A DNA stretch of 63,027 nt, counting the filler, from Bigelowiella natans CCMP2755 (Eukaryota > Protista > Cercozoa): the NCBI GenBank assembly GCA_000320545.1. It is 6 parts of 6 records of this genome, joined end to end, with 100 filler letters (N's around TTAATTAATTAA, not from the genome) between each part and the next. Parts side by side here need not be neighbours in the genome. Positions count along the whole stretch, not along the records: positions 1 to 14,586 come from ADNK01001627.1; positions 14,687 to 33,683 come from ADNK01002997.1; 4 more parts are not named here. One strand, 5' to 3'. The position numbers and the translations under genes are program-made. The notes under the pieces are model-generated. The model did not search any database. It saw nothing but the letters and a program-made list of their open reading frames with translations, and was not told the DNA's origin. Shown here in pieces: positions 12,986 through 25,744 of the stretch (within the stretch, counting starts at the first letter, position 1; each line of letters opens with the position of its first letter).

Positions 12986-14466
12986 CGCACTGCAGTACCG
13001 CGCTTGTGCGAAGGGCTCATTCTGTCCTTCTGGCACCTTCCAAGAAACTGCTTGCCAAATCGGCCACTAGTAATGAATACGAACGCTTCAAAGTTGACTA
13101 AAATTGTCACGATTTGTCAAATTATCATCAACGCCTCAGCCGTTGTTACGGAGTGGCACATGCTGATATGCGTTCTTTCTTAACATGCTGGTATGCGTTC
13201 TTTCCCCTTCCCCCCCCCCCCCCCCCCTTCAAAATCCTAGTTGCCCGACACCTGGAGAGCAGATTCCTTGCTCTAACGGCACATTTTCAGACCTCCCTGG
13301 CCAAACAGCGTGCAAGCTGTGTCCGGCTAACCACGTGTGTGGGGCTCCGTTTCCTTCCACGTTCCAAACGCGCTGTCCCTCTCGAGCATTGAGGTGCTTG
13401 GCATGCTGCGCGGCAGTTTTCGAGTATCTATGTGAAATATTGCCTTCATGCCATCTTGAGTGATGCTCGCTCTTATACGTCCTGTCAATGCGATGATTTG
13501 TGCCCTAGCCCTCCAGGATCGTATCTGTGGACGCAGTGTGTGTGTGAGGAGGGGTAATAGGAGAGTTGTTGATGAGATTATGACGACGACGAACGACGAT
13601 GATGATGATGATGATGATGATGAGGATGATGAATCTTATGTTTATGATTCAAAGACCTTCCAATAGTGGAAGAAGGGGGGAGGGGATACGTTTTATTAAA
13701 CACGTCAACCATAGATCTCCGCCCATTCCTCAAATTAGCGCTCTGCAAGCCCTCCAACACCCATGCCAACACATTCAGAAAAGTCGCGAGAGACAGAATG
13801 ATCATATACGCCTGACTGATTGTTGATTCTCTTGGTTGCTAAAGATTCGTCGGGTTGATTACCAACCCCAACGATGTGTGCGAGACTGAAGAGAACAAAG
13901 TTAACATCCAGGACACGGTGATAGGGATCTCGGTGACTGTTGTCGTTGTCATCGTGCTCTACAAGCTGTGCAAAAGCGACTTCGCGAACAAAAATCTCAT
14001 CCCTTTCTTGAAGGTGATTAGATGACGATTGTCACGATGATGATGATGATAATGATGATGATGATGATGATGATGAGGGAGATGTCAAGAAGAATGGCAG
14101 ACAAAAAGACTGAAGAGGGCAAGAAGGAAAAGAAAGAATCAGCTCGCTGGACTATCACTTAACATATAATACCGAGATCTACCGAGCCAAAATCTACCCT
14201 TATCTCCCCTCCTCTTCAAATATACTCTCATCATTTTTGTTGTGCGCTTTGGACGTGTGTAGGAGCTTGTCCAGGCTTCAATGAATACATTTGTCGCTAT
14301 TCTGGGAATGGCGTCCTTCATCACTCTCTTCTTTGACCTCTTGTGGCCGAATACCATCTACGAGAATATCGTAACGTATGTTATCGTGCTTATGGCTTTC
14401 GCAATGGCCTTCACAGCCGTGGCGACGATGATGAACTTCCGCCTTCTCTGGGGGCTCATGAAGGAG
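8974..14466 (+). CDS. Secreted/membrane Cys-rich repeat protein (CPxGxYCP repeats, S/T/P-rich stalk, C-terminal TM helices), 3'-truncated
   Basis: Signal peptide MGRRVSGLALLLYCAL; PxTxxPS linker 10308-10810; many CxxGxYCP repeats 10825-13330; hydrophobic helices 13915-14460. Confidence 0.8.
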
Positions 14467-14516
14467 GTTGGATTTTGCAAGTTGTACGAGATTGCCTATT
14501 TACACGCACATCCCCA

Positions 14517-14553
<37 letters not shown>

Positions 14554-14586
14554 GAGGGGAGGGGGGGGGAGGGGGGGGGGGAGAGT

Positions 14587-14686
14587 NNNNNNNNNNNNNN
14601 NNNNNNNNNNNNNNNNNNNNNNNNNNNNNNTTAATTAATTAANNNNNNNNNNNNNNNNNNNNNNNNNNNNNNNNNNNNNNNNNNNN
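14587..14686. other. Artificial contig spacer
   Basis: N44-TTAATTAATTAA-N44, a six-frame stop linker. Confidence 0.99.
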
Positions 14687-14852
14687 ATACTTCCAGCGAC
14701 TTTCTCTGTTAGAGCGTCAGGGATAAATGAAAGAGAGTGTTGGTGTTTGAACCGAGCAGGTCTAAAGCTTATGCTGCGGTCAAAAACGGATGCTGCCTCA
14801 CACTCTACAACAGATCATAGCCATCATAACATGCGCTACATGTGACGCGTGG

Positions 14853-14888
<36 letters not shown>

Positions 14889-15120
14889 GCACGCGCGTGT
14901 ATATTATCACACACACAAACACACTCACACATACACACAGTACGTATATGAGCCACCGCACCTTCCTTTCCGGTGCTGTCTTTCGCCGTCTTAAGAGCAG
15001 GTATAACAGCACAACTTAGTCATTGCTCTGCGCTCTCGAATGGCATTCCACGCGCGCGCGCGCGAGCACACACACACACACGCACACGCACACGCACCCA
15101 TGCACACATAATATATATCA

Positions 15121-15159
<39 letters not shown>

Positions 15160-15419
15160 TATGCGAGCGCGCAGTTACCCACACACATGTGCATATTGAT
15201 AGTGCAAGCATCCATATCCCCGCCTTCCTCGAAGTTCTTCATTCTGACCGCCCTCCACATTCTCAGGCCCCCCATTCACATGCAAGAAGTGAAGAGATCG
15301 GCCGAGCATAGCTGCAAGCTAGGTCTAGCTGCTGTTGCCATTTGTCGATGTTGCGCGCGTCCCAGCACCATGTAAATAGGGATTATTACACTTCAAGCTG
15401 ATTGCAAATGAAGGCTTGT

Positions 15420-15459
<40 letters not shown>

Positions 15460-16250
15460 AAATATGCATGCATTTGAACGACACCTGTCCTTCACACATA
15501 ACTGCCATCATATGGCTGCCAGCAATCTAGCTACCCTTCGAACGGTGTGGCTTACTATCTGCGCCTTGCACATTTATACATGATTCATCTACCAAAGCAT
15601 GAAAGTCGTGTGCAATGATGCATCATACATGCTGTCCAGCTGTGGTAGGCACATATTGCATCATGGGCGCCGCGCAAGTATCACCCACGTAGCTTCGTAG
15701 CACAGTGCATCACACCATCATCGCTGCCCTACGACACGATGAAGCGTACGCAAGTAAGTAGATTTACGGATGACAACGTCACTTGCTGTACTACTACTTT
15801 ACATTTGGGTACTAATTATAATGGTAGCATGCAACGTGCCAGCATGCCGCTGCTTTGGTCATTGCGCCCTGCTACTGCTACTTGACCAGTCAATTAATTT
15901 GTCCGCGACATTTGAAACTCTGTCACAATCCACCTTATAGAGGTCGCTACTTATTATATGCGACTGAAGGTATTATTCTTCTGTTAGCCCTCATTCAATC
16001 CCGTACATTTCTCATTCTTATCTATCGGTCAATCAGACTGCCTTGTGCCCTCCTTCTCCGCCGCCGTCGTTACTTGTCTATTTCGTAATATTTTGGAGAT
16101 TCTGTTGTTCTCTTTCTTCGCTTTCTTCGCCTCCTTCGTCTCCGTCGTCTCCGTCGCCTCCCCCGCCGCCCTCGTCGCAAGCATCGTTTTTACCCTGGGG
16201 TTCCCTTCCTATATCATCAAAACATACATACTATTATGTATAATGTGCTG

Positions 16251-16295
<45 letters not shown>

Positions 16296-16338
16296 TTGCT
16301 CTCATATTCTCAAGATTCGAATCAATCTTTTTTTCCAA

Positions 16339-17199
16339 TCAGAGAGCAATATTTAGAATATTACTTCTATTGTCTCCGGGCGAAGCCGCCGCGTTGGGAT
16401 GCACGGCCCCCTTGTGCCTCCGCAGATTCACGCTCTGAGTGAATCTGGCAGAGCAGATGTCGCATACATATGGCCTCTCTCCTACGCGAGATAAGAGAGA
16501 GAGAGCAGTCGTTACGTGGCGAGAAATCGATATTTTGAGAACGAGGAAACGGCAAGATGCGTATTAATAGGGAGACTTTTCCAATAACTACAAGGCGCTG
16601 CTGCCATAAGAAGGCATCATCGAGCTCCGACCTGTGTGGACGCGTAGATGAACGACAACGTTTGAGCGAGCCGCGGAAATGTTAAGACAGACGCGACATC
16701 GGTACCGCACGTTTTTGCGCCCTGCAGAATTCCAGAAAGCAGGCGGCAGGGAAGGAAAGAGGGGTGGGGAGGGGGGGGGGAAGAAGGAGGGGGGGGGGGG
16801 CAAAATCCTCTGATGCCTGCCTGTTTCGAAATTGAAATTTCGAAATTGAAATGCAAGTGCGCACCACACAACGCTACCTGTGGCTTGATTTAGCATCGTT
16901 ATCCTCTCGTAGAGCGCCTCAACCGGCTGCCTGAGGACAGGACGCAGGTGAATGGGAGAAGCAGCGACAGCATGATCAGCGGGGAAATCCACCCTGCGAG
17001 GGCATCATCAGGAGGAGGGAGGAGGGAGGAGGAGGAGGAGGCGAATTTTCTGTGCGGCGTAGCATTTCAGCCGTTCCCGCGGCTTAGACCAGCAGCTGTG
17101 ACCGAAGCACTATTAGATGGGGAGCTCTGGCTTGACGGAAGGCTACCAAAACCACGCAATCACTGCCATCCTCCCTTGTCCCCCAGTAGTTGTTATTGA

Positions 17200-17242
<43 letters not shown>

Positions 17243-18767
17243 CACCTAGCAAGTACTTCTTTGTCCAATGTGAGGGGCCGGGGGGCAGGTGTTAGCGGTA
17301 TGAGGCCTGTAGAACTCCCTCTGCGCGTACTATTACTACTATTACTACTACTACTACTACTGCTTCTATCACCCCGACCGCTCGGGCCGATGCTGTAATC
17401 GCGAATCTTCGGATTCTTAGGCGACGGCGCAACAAACTCATTAGGGAAAGATCGAAGCGGGTTTGCGGTGACCTCGCTCCGAGATCTGGGCGTTATGGTC
17501 TCCTACAAATACAGAGAACACCACGGCGGACAAGGCGGTTCCCATCATATACGACTGAGATACCGGCGAGGGTTCAGCCTAGCAGCGGCTTAACAAAGCT
17601 AGATGTCGCATTCGTGCCCTCGCCGACCGTTTACTTATATGCGACATGCACACTCACGCGCACGCGCGCGTGCGCGCATATATATATCATACTATATTAT
17701 TACTGGATCTCTACCTTCGTTGTGGAGGTTACTCCTGCGTGCTTTGCTTCTTCGCTCAGACTCTGCTGCTGCTGGTGAGGCTGAAAGATAACACGGGGAC
17801 TCGGGGGAGGCGGATGACCAGATGGCGTGCTGCTAAGGTGATGATAGCGGTGTTCGGAAGGATCATTCAGATAGCCTCGCCATGAGTGAGTTGAATCGAG
17901 AACGTTTACTTTCCTCTTTCTTCTCTTCTTCACTCTGTCCGTTTCTCGAAGAGGAGGTGAAGGTGATGCGCTGGAGGAGTAGGTAGGGCTGGGATTGATC
18001 ACGGGGAGAGAACTGTAATTGTCCATTTCATGGGGCCAATATCCACGGGCAGCTGTCCGTTTCCGGCCAATAAACGATGGTGGGAGGTTCGCCGAAGAAG
18101 GGAAGAACGCTCCACGTATTTCAGCTTTGCCCCGCTCATTAACATCTGATGTGTCGGCATGTTTTTGAGGAATTATGTCTGATGTGCGCCGTCTGCCCCC
18201 CTCCAGTATGCGCTGATGTAGCGGACGGTAGCGTCCCGATGAAGGAGGTGGACGCGGAAGAGGCGGAGTGAGACGAGGAATCGGCGGTCTCTTACTACGT
18301 GGAGCGGTGGCGGGAAAGAAGTAGGGAGAGGATGCAACCCTTGATGGAACCGATGGCTGCTCGCTCCTGTTGAAATTCCTCTGTCGCTCCTGGCCCCGCC
18401 GTACTAGCTGCTGCCGCTCCTCCTCCTCCTCCTCCTCCTCCTCCTGCTGCTGCTGCTGCTCCTGCTGCTGCTGCTGCTGCCGTGATAGTTGGGTTGGACG
18501 ATGCATGATTTTGCCTGTGTAGTTGTTGGCCACGCAGTGATAGATATGCGGCGAAAGCGGTATAGGCGTGTCGGCAGGCAAAGTTGTGGCTACATCCGTC
18601 GTCGTCGAGTGAGTGTCAACAGGAAGGATTCCTGACCCTTCATCCGTCGTCGAGTGAGTGCCAACAGGAAGGATTCCTGACCCTTCATCGGCAAGCGAGC
18701 ACTCCAACTCCTCCCCCACCTTTTCCTCCCCGCTCTTCTCTTCTGCTGTCCATCTTCTTCTCTTCAT
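16339..18767 (-). CDS. C2H2 zinc-finger protein with a long low-complexity N-terminus (start and internal exons uncertain)
   Basis: YRCRVCLNISAARSNVVVHLRVHTG spliced to ERPYVCDICSARFTQSVNLRRHKGAVH (canonical TGERPY linker). Upstream ORF 17700-19001 has polyQ/polyE and basic NLS-like runs; its linkage to the fingers is inferred. Confidence 0.7.
18600..18689. repeat. 45-bp tandem duplication inside an ORF
   Basis: Two units with one mismatch, encoding DEGSGILPV(G/D)THSTT on the minus strand. Confidence 0.95.
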
Positions 18768-19641
18768 GCGGCCGTGAGACACGGGGGAGGAACCAGGCCT
18801 TCTTTTGCCCTCTGCAGCCAGCAGCTCTACACGAAGAGTACGAGGAGCTGTACCAGGGAGCTCCTGAGCTCCTTGGCCGAGAAAAGTACGGAATAATAAA
18901 CACACATCGCTGACTCCTCGGGTGCGACCGACAGCAGCACATGCTGCCGACTGCATAAAGCTGCTGGCTGCAGGCGATTTCTGCAGCGGTGTGCGTTGCA
19001 AGCGGCGCCCATCTGTTCGGCGTTCTTTTCGTTCAAAGCTCGCTCTTCTTCCTTCCCCTTCCGACGTGACCCGTACGAAATTCTATAACGCCCTTCCTTT
19101 TACCCAGCGCGACTTACAAACACCGGCCAAACTTCGCGCGAAACGACGCCGCAGGGACAAACGCTTCGAGCACCAACGAGACGTCGGTGATCTCGGTGGC
19201 GCGTCACGGATGACAGCCTTGACGCACGACGGAAACAAACGCCGTTTACTCCGGGATGCGCCGTGGGATACCTTGCTTTCGTACACTTTCAGACATAAAA
19301 AGTTTGCATTTTTTTTAATCATACGAAGGGGAAAGAATGCGCGCAGCGTGTTCGTTTCTGGGCTCCTCCTCACTGTGACCAGCAACAACCCACCGAAAAG
19401 TGCCCTGGTGTGGCTGTCGCAGGGTCGGTATGCAGGACGACCGGTCTCCTGCGACAGCGAAAACGCACAGCGGGAGCAAGCATGCGGCGAACTTCGGAGG
19501 AATTTAGCCCAGAATGTGCGACCTGCCTCCGCCTCGCGAGGAGCCTCAAAACCCCCTGCTGCCCCTGCACGTACAAGAGCTGCAAGAGGGGCGCGAGTGT
19601 TTCCTAACAGCACGCGCAGAGCCAAGCGGACGACTTGAGAG

Positions 19642-20027
19642 ATGGGATTTTTACGCTCATCGGCCTTGTACACCGCCCTGATTGCCGTTGTGGTGGGGAT
19701 GTACATGCTGTACCTTCGCGGCGAGAGGCCGGGGGGGGGGGAGGGAACGCCGGCGAAAAAAGTCAAGGTTTGGAAGCCAGAGCAGATCGCCAAGTACCGA
19801 GGTGGCAGATAGCAGCTCGAATCTTTCAAAGTGTTTCGAGATCGTAGTCGATTGTACATGCTTCGGTTAACAACGGGATGTTATGCTCTGTTGTTGCAGT
19901 GAATCATAAAAAGCTCTATCTCGCGATCCTCGGCGAAGTATACGACGTCTCAAAAGGGAGAGGATACTATGGAACAGTATGACCGATAGATGTGTACATT
20001 ACATACATTTAAACATGTATATATATA

Positions 20028-20095
<68 letters not shown>

Positions 20096-20570
20096 TGCGT
20101 GTGTGCATCGTTGAATAACTAAATGGGGATACAATGTGAACGCACCACATACGCACCAGCATTCCAACTTCAACGGCCACTTCTTAAAATGAATACTTTG
20201 ACTATCAGGAGGACGGCTATGGAGGATTTTGCGGAAGAGACGGTTCCAGAGCTTTCTCTACCGGTAAGTCGCTAAGCATTCCCAGCTAGGAGATCCTCTA
20301 ATCCCTGCGCCATTATTCGGCTACGAGAGAGATCGCAACAGGGTTTTCGGATAAATTTTATGCATAGCTATAGATGATAATGCACGACTGCATAAAATTC
20401 ATCGTAAATTGTCTCTCCCAGGGCAGTTTACAGAAGAAGGCTTGATAGATGACCTGTCAGGTGAAAGATAATGACTCCGCCAATTTTTAATTCTGGGCTC
20501 CTCTTCCTCCCTCACGTTCATCCTCACACCTTTACACCCACACACACAAACGCATTATAAATATATATTA

Positions 20571-20616
<46 letters not shown>

Positions 20617-21670
20617 GTTTGTGTGCGCGAAATTTAATTTATAATGTGCCACGCTATACGTGAATTGTCTTGTTCGGCTGTTATCGTAGGACTCACATTG
20701 CAGCAGATCCATGGCATTGTTGATTGGAGAGAGTAAGCGACCCCTCACATATTTCAAATATATTGCCACGTGCGATTAAAACAACCCCGACTTCAATCTG
20801 CTCTCCTGTGGTCCTTCAATAAGGAAGTCCCAAATCTCATCGTTATCATCGTCATCACCACCACCACCACCACCACCATCATCATCATCACGATCATCAT
20901 CATCGTTACCTCCATCCTCCTCCCCTTTTCGATTAACCTAGTTTCTATCGAGACCACGAGAAGTACAAGTACAAAGGCGTGCTAGTGGGGCGATATTACA
21001 CTGAAACCGGAGACGAGACCGGTTGGAACGCCAAATACTCACACAGCAGACACGCACACACACTCAATACATATGTTAATGTAGTGCGTGTGTATGTGTG
21101 TGTTGCTCCGGCAACTCATCATACACAGGAATCACCACATCTCGCATCTCCTCTGAGCACACGAGAAGCTGTTTATATCTCGCCCGTCGGCCAGAGTGAG
21201 AGTGTTTATCCATTGATTGTATGTGTCCTTTGTGAACATAGAGGAACTCAAGAAACTAGAAAAGGACGTTGATAGCTACAAGGCCTTTCTCAAAAGGATG
21301 GTCATTAGTACAATAGCTTCATTTTTCCTAATTATAGACGATTTCTCCCTGAAATTCCCAGTCTCCGCAAAATTATCTTGGCATTAGATATGAGCGTTTC
21401 ACGATTTTCAGTGATCGGTATATGAGATATCCTGGGATTATCTCCGGTCTTGGTCTCAAATCGCTTCATTGAACTCCGCATTCTCACCCCTCCCTCAACC
21501 ATCAGGAAGAAGAGCGCAAACAGTATGAGAACTGTAATAGCGGTTACTCCGATGCAGAAGGGTGAGAAAGCAGTAGCGATGCTGTTATTGATCCATGTGC
21601 ACATTGTCTCCCTTATATCTCTGAGTGTGACCGTGTGCGCTTGTCTTGACAAATTTACACGCACTCTCAA

Positions 21671-21711
<41 letters not shown>

Positions 21712-22218
21712 ACATACGCATCAACGTCTATACAATCTGTAATGCATTGTGAATTGTCGGCAGCGGCAGGGTGTGGTGCCCCTACGAGAAATATCCCCGA
21801 AAGGTTTGGAAACTCTAATTTCACCCACTTCGGAGCCTGATCTCAGTTTTAAATGCTAAACATAAATAATAATGATGATTATGTTGCCACCCAGTCCATT
21901 CACGAGGCCCCTGATGGCGCCCCCAAGGAGCGGTGTGCCTGCTTCACTTCAGATGAGTTGAAACGGCTACCAGAACTAAATCTCCAAGGTGATTATCATA
22001 CAGCGCTCTAATGCCTATCTCTCTACACCGTACCTCATGACTTCTTTATGCTTAGCTCGCATAGAGTTGTGGCCCAATTGCGAGGAGGATTCACGGGTAT
22101 TGAACATCACAAGACGCGCAATCGTTTCGTATAAACAGTGCGCAGTTCATTCTCTAAGTGCAACAAATTGTTATGCAATTATAATCAGGAATGTCAAACA
22201 GTTCCTCCAAAGAAATAA
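19642..22218 (+). CDS. CYB5D2: Neuferricin-like cytochrome b5 heme/steroid-binding protein
   Basis: Exons give an N-terminal TM, LYLAILGEVYDVSKGRGYYG, YGGFCGRDGSRAFSTG, KYKYKGVLVGRYY, CNS...GRVWC...PRK, ERCAC and a last exon ECQTVPPKK*. Largely missed by the ORF track because the exons are short. Confidence 0.9.
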
Positions 22219-22239
22219 TCACAGATCTTAGAATGTCTA

Positions 22240-22900
22240 GATGTGCAGTGCTGAAGTCGTAGAGGCGATGAAAAAGGACGATGGGATGCAGAGTGCACAG
22301 CTAGCATAGCCCATCAATGCATCATCTTTGTTCATTTATTCATAGTCTCATTGTTGCTAACTAGCTACGTCATTGTGCCGATAACTCTGGTGTCGTGTGC
22401 TCGTGTCCATTTCCCTTCCCGGCAAAGAAGCGAGCCGCTAGCAAGAAAATCTGGAACTATTTAGCTATTCTAAGAGCTCTAGAGCTGTGCAGAGCGAGGC
22501 TAGGGCACAATTTGGCACATTCCACCTATACTAGCCTAGCTAGCTAGCTCTCTAGCTCTAGAGCTGCCCTAGTGCCGGTGGACGTGTGGATGTCAATGTC
22601 GCTTCATTGAAAAGTATGCTCACGTGGCAAGCTAGCTAGCTAGCTAGGAGATGATTGGCGCACCAACTTGACAGCAATGCACCAATGCAACATCACCAAG
22701 TCACATAGCTTGCGCTATCTAGCTATGCCTAGATGCCATTGTTGCGATCGACCCAATTGTCGTGTTGAGTGACGAGTGACGGTGCTGGTGGCATGCATTG
22801 ACACACATTCACTTGCTATTTGCGGAATAATTCATTGCAACACATCTACTAGCTAGCTAGAAGCACTTGCTCATGGAGTTCAAAATTTTTGCAACAGTGT
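22240..22900. other. CTAG-rich, partly TpA-depleted spacer between convergent genes
   Basis: Tandem (CTAG)n at about 22530-22560, 22630-22646 and 22850-22860. Confidence 0.7.
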
Positions 22901-23116
22901 GTCTTGATGTACGTCTTTCTAATTGTAATGACACAGCTTTCAATCGCAAAGCGGAAAATTGTTGGATACCAGAATTCTCGAAGATATTTTCTGGTATTTT
23001 CTAGTATTGGAGTCACATGTAACGGTTGGAATGTGTATTTAATATCGTAACCTCAACTACATTATTCCCAATAAGATACATATGCCGCACATTGCTTATA
23101 GATTGCACGATTACAG

Positions 23117-23930
23117 TTAGTCCACACGGGTCCCACTATTCTTCAGCTGCTTCTTGACCATCTTCTCAGCTTTTTCTATTTGCGCCTTTACGTATCTGAT
23201 GAACATAGATTAGAATGAAAAATTAGAAGAAAGTGTTATCAGCATCTTAAGAAATTAGGAAGGAATAAATGTACGGGTCGTAAATCTTCGTAGCGCCGCC
23301 ACCGAAGATCAATCCAGCCACGATGGCCATTTTCACCTCAGGATCTACAATTTAATCGGAAAGAAGAGAATGTGCATTGGCATGTCGTCTAACGAGAGGA
23401 ACTACGCATAGTGACTTACAGAGTGGCATGTAGAACAATATATTGTCCAGGAACAACTCAAGTACACACCATGCACAATAAACGACCCAGAACTGCAGCC
23501 TAGGAGAAAAACAAATTTCAACCAGATTCATTAATTTTCCTTGAAATTTTGATTACCACTGCCGCATTTCCGCCTTATCGCTCTGTCCCAAAGCAAGAAA
23601 AGATTTGTAGCCTGCCCAGAGGCACATGAGCTGTGCAACATCGCGTACGATTAAATTTATGAGATTGGAAGTTCATCAACAAGGTGTTAATGATTTGATG
23701 ACTGAAAACTTACCTGGATGATGAAATTTGCGATGAAAAAATGGAAAGCACGTCCGCTCTCTGAATCTGTTTTGTAAGTCAATTACCGAAACCACACGCA
23801 TGTGACGAATTGTGATCAAAATGAGAAATGTTCATTTCTCGACCATGATGGCTGGAACTTTTTTGGGTTCGATGTTCGGTGTTGGAAGCATACGTTCAAC
23901 AATTCGCAAATTCACGCGCTTACCTGCCAT
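23117..23930 (-). CDS. HVA22/TB2-DP1/REEP (YOP1-like) ER-shaping protein, 6 exons
   Basis: Spliced product MADSESGRAFHFFIANFIIQLMCLWAGYKSFLALGQSDKAEMRQWLQFWVVYCAWCVLELFLDNILFYMPLYPEVKMAIVAGLIFGGGATKIYDPYVKAQ...VD*; all junctions GT-AG. Confidence 0.9.
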
Positions 23931-24289
23931 GGTGCCTTACTGTCTCGCTGTTGTGTGTGGCGGTCTGTTGGTTGGTTTTCTGGTGGAAAGGTGTTTGTTG
24001 GCAATGGAAGTAATGGGCAAAGGAAGGTGATGCACAAATGATTTTTAAGACTGTAAGCTCCTTTATGGCCAGAGAACAAAAATGAATTTTTGATCGTTGA
24101 ACCCTTCCATGCTTGTCGTAACTGACAAAACGAAGTGCATTTACGAGTCCGTTGCAAATAACACAAGATGTGAACATTTTGGAAGGTGGAATTAACTTGT
24201 CCGATTCGACATTTTCTCGCAAAATTGCACATTAGAGTTGCCGTTCACATCAAAAAGCATGAGTTTGGCTTGCAGTTAATCAATATTTT

Positions 24290-25730
24290 TCCTTCTTCTC
24301 GAAAGCTTCACATTCAGCTCTTGATTTCGGCAATTTGTCAATGTCGCAGAGTTGGAACACATTGGATTGAAATGTCTCAACCATTGAACTGCGTGTGCAA
24401 TTTGGACACGAATCTTGAACCTTGAATTCCAATCAACAAATGGGATCACTCTCATCGTTCACAATTTTTCAACTGCATGCATCATTCATCAATGTTGGTG
24501 ACATCAAAAAGTCATTGCGTTGTGTTGTGTTGTGTTCCTTGTTCATTTGTTCATCACGATCATTGGCAACGTTCGTTCACTCATCCATGCCAGCGTGGAG
24601 ACTTGTGAGTCCCTGGACGTCTAGACGTGTGCGCCTTCTCGATCGTGCATCGTTTGTTCACTGACAGTTCGGTCCAGAGTGGTGCCAGCTTGTCAACTTG
24701 CTGGAACGTCTCACAAACGTCGAACGTGCACGAACCAGTCAAGCAACCAGCTGCACCGTCAGACTGTGCCAGCGTGCTAGCGTGGCTGTCCCAGTGCACG
24801 TGCAAGGTGCGCTGCACGCACCAACCTGGCAATTGACTTGACGACTTCGTTGTTGTTCACTTTTCAGGCGAATCCACAATTGACCGGTTTTCAGCAAGTG
24901 AGTTCTTTGAGTGTGACTGAGTGGCTTCTGAGAATTTCCGCCTCGCTGTGACGCACGTTTTGATTCTTGTGCTGCCAAACTGGGTCCCAAGCTGTGCGGA
25001 CCAGAGCTAGCAGAGGAGTGGAGACAAGCGGGAGGCCAAATGACAAACCACCTCTGGACCTCTTCAACACGTGCACACGCGTTGCGTGGTGCGCGATCGC
25101 AGCGATCTCACTGCTAGACTGCGCTCACCATCAGTCTAGCAGTGCATTTGATGAATTGCCGCGCAATTTTTCCAGGTTACGTTGCTTTCATGGTCGATCG
25201 ATCGAACATGAAATGCTGGAATGGCGCAACCGAAGTCCAAATGTGGGTTGCAAAAGTTTTTGCAATGCTGAGTAGCAGCTCATATAGGCGTGTCCTCCAG
25301 TCGTGCGTGTCATTGCTAGATTGGTTGGTGTTCGATGAAGGATCGAGTTGACTGCAAAGCACTTTGCCAACCTCGCGCAACCTCTGGAGCTACTCGCGTC
25401 AACTTTCAGTTGGAACGCAATCAAATGGCACACGATGCGCATGCAGCGCACACCAGGGACACACGTTGTGGGCACGCCTCCGAGCAACAATGTGTCGCAA
25501 GAGGCTGCACAGCATTGTTTGTGTGACAAAGGTGAACAACGACATGTGTGCACAGGATCAGCACAGTGCACGCTCGCTGGCATCATTGTCACGGAACACT
25601 TGCACGATTACATCACATCTTCATGCATGTGACACATGTCATGCACTCATGTGACTAGTCTAGATGTGTGCACATGCATGCTCAGTTCACCGTGTCACCT
25701 GCGTTGTGGCACATGTTCCGCCGATTGTGA
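24290..25730. other. Extreme TpA-depleted, CTAG-sparing intergenic tract
   Basis: Hand count: 5 TA in 24301-25140, all in CTAG; none in 24301-24600. Confidence 0.92.
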
Positions 25731-25744
25731 TAGCTAGATAGCTC

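Noticed and set aside
14587-14686. Recurrent TTAATTAATTAA palindrome flanked by Ns (5 times)
   Set aside because: Artificial contig-joining linker, not biology.
18922-19859. Long overlapping ORFs (238 aa on +, 258 aa on -)
   Set aside because: GC-rich divergent promoter/5' region with no domain signal; the minus ORF overlaps the real CYB5D2 first exon in antisense.
24290-25730. CpG methylation decay or fungal RIP as the explanation for TG/CA richness; the C/H-rich ORFs here as genes
   Set aside because: CpG is abundant and TpA is lost, the opposite of both processes. The many overlapping ORFs arise because TAA/TAG stops are scarce, and none has a recognisable domain.
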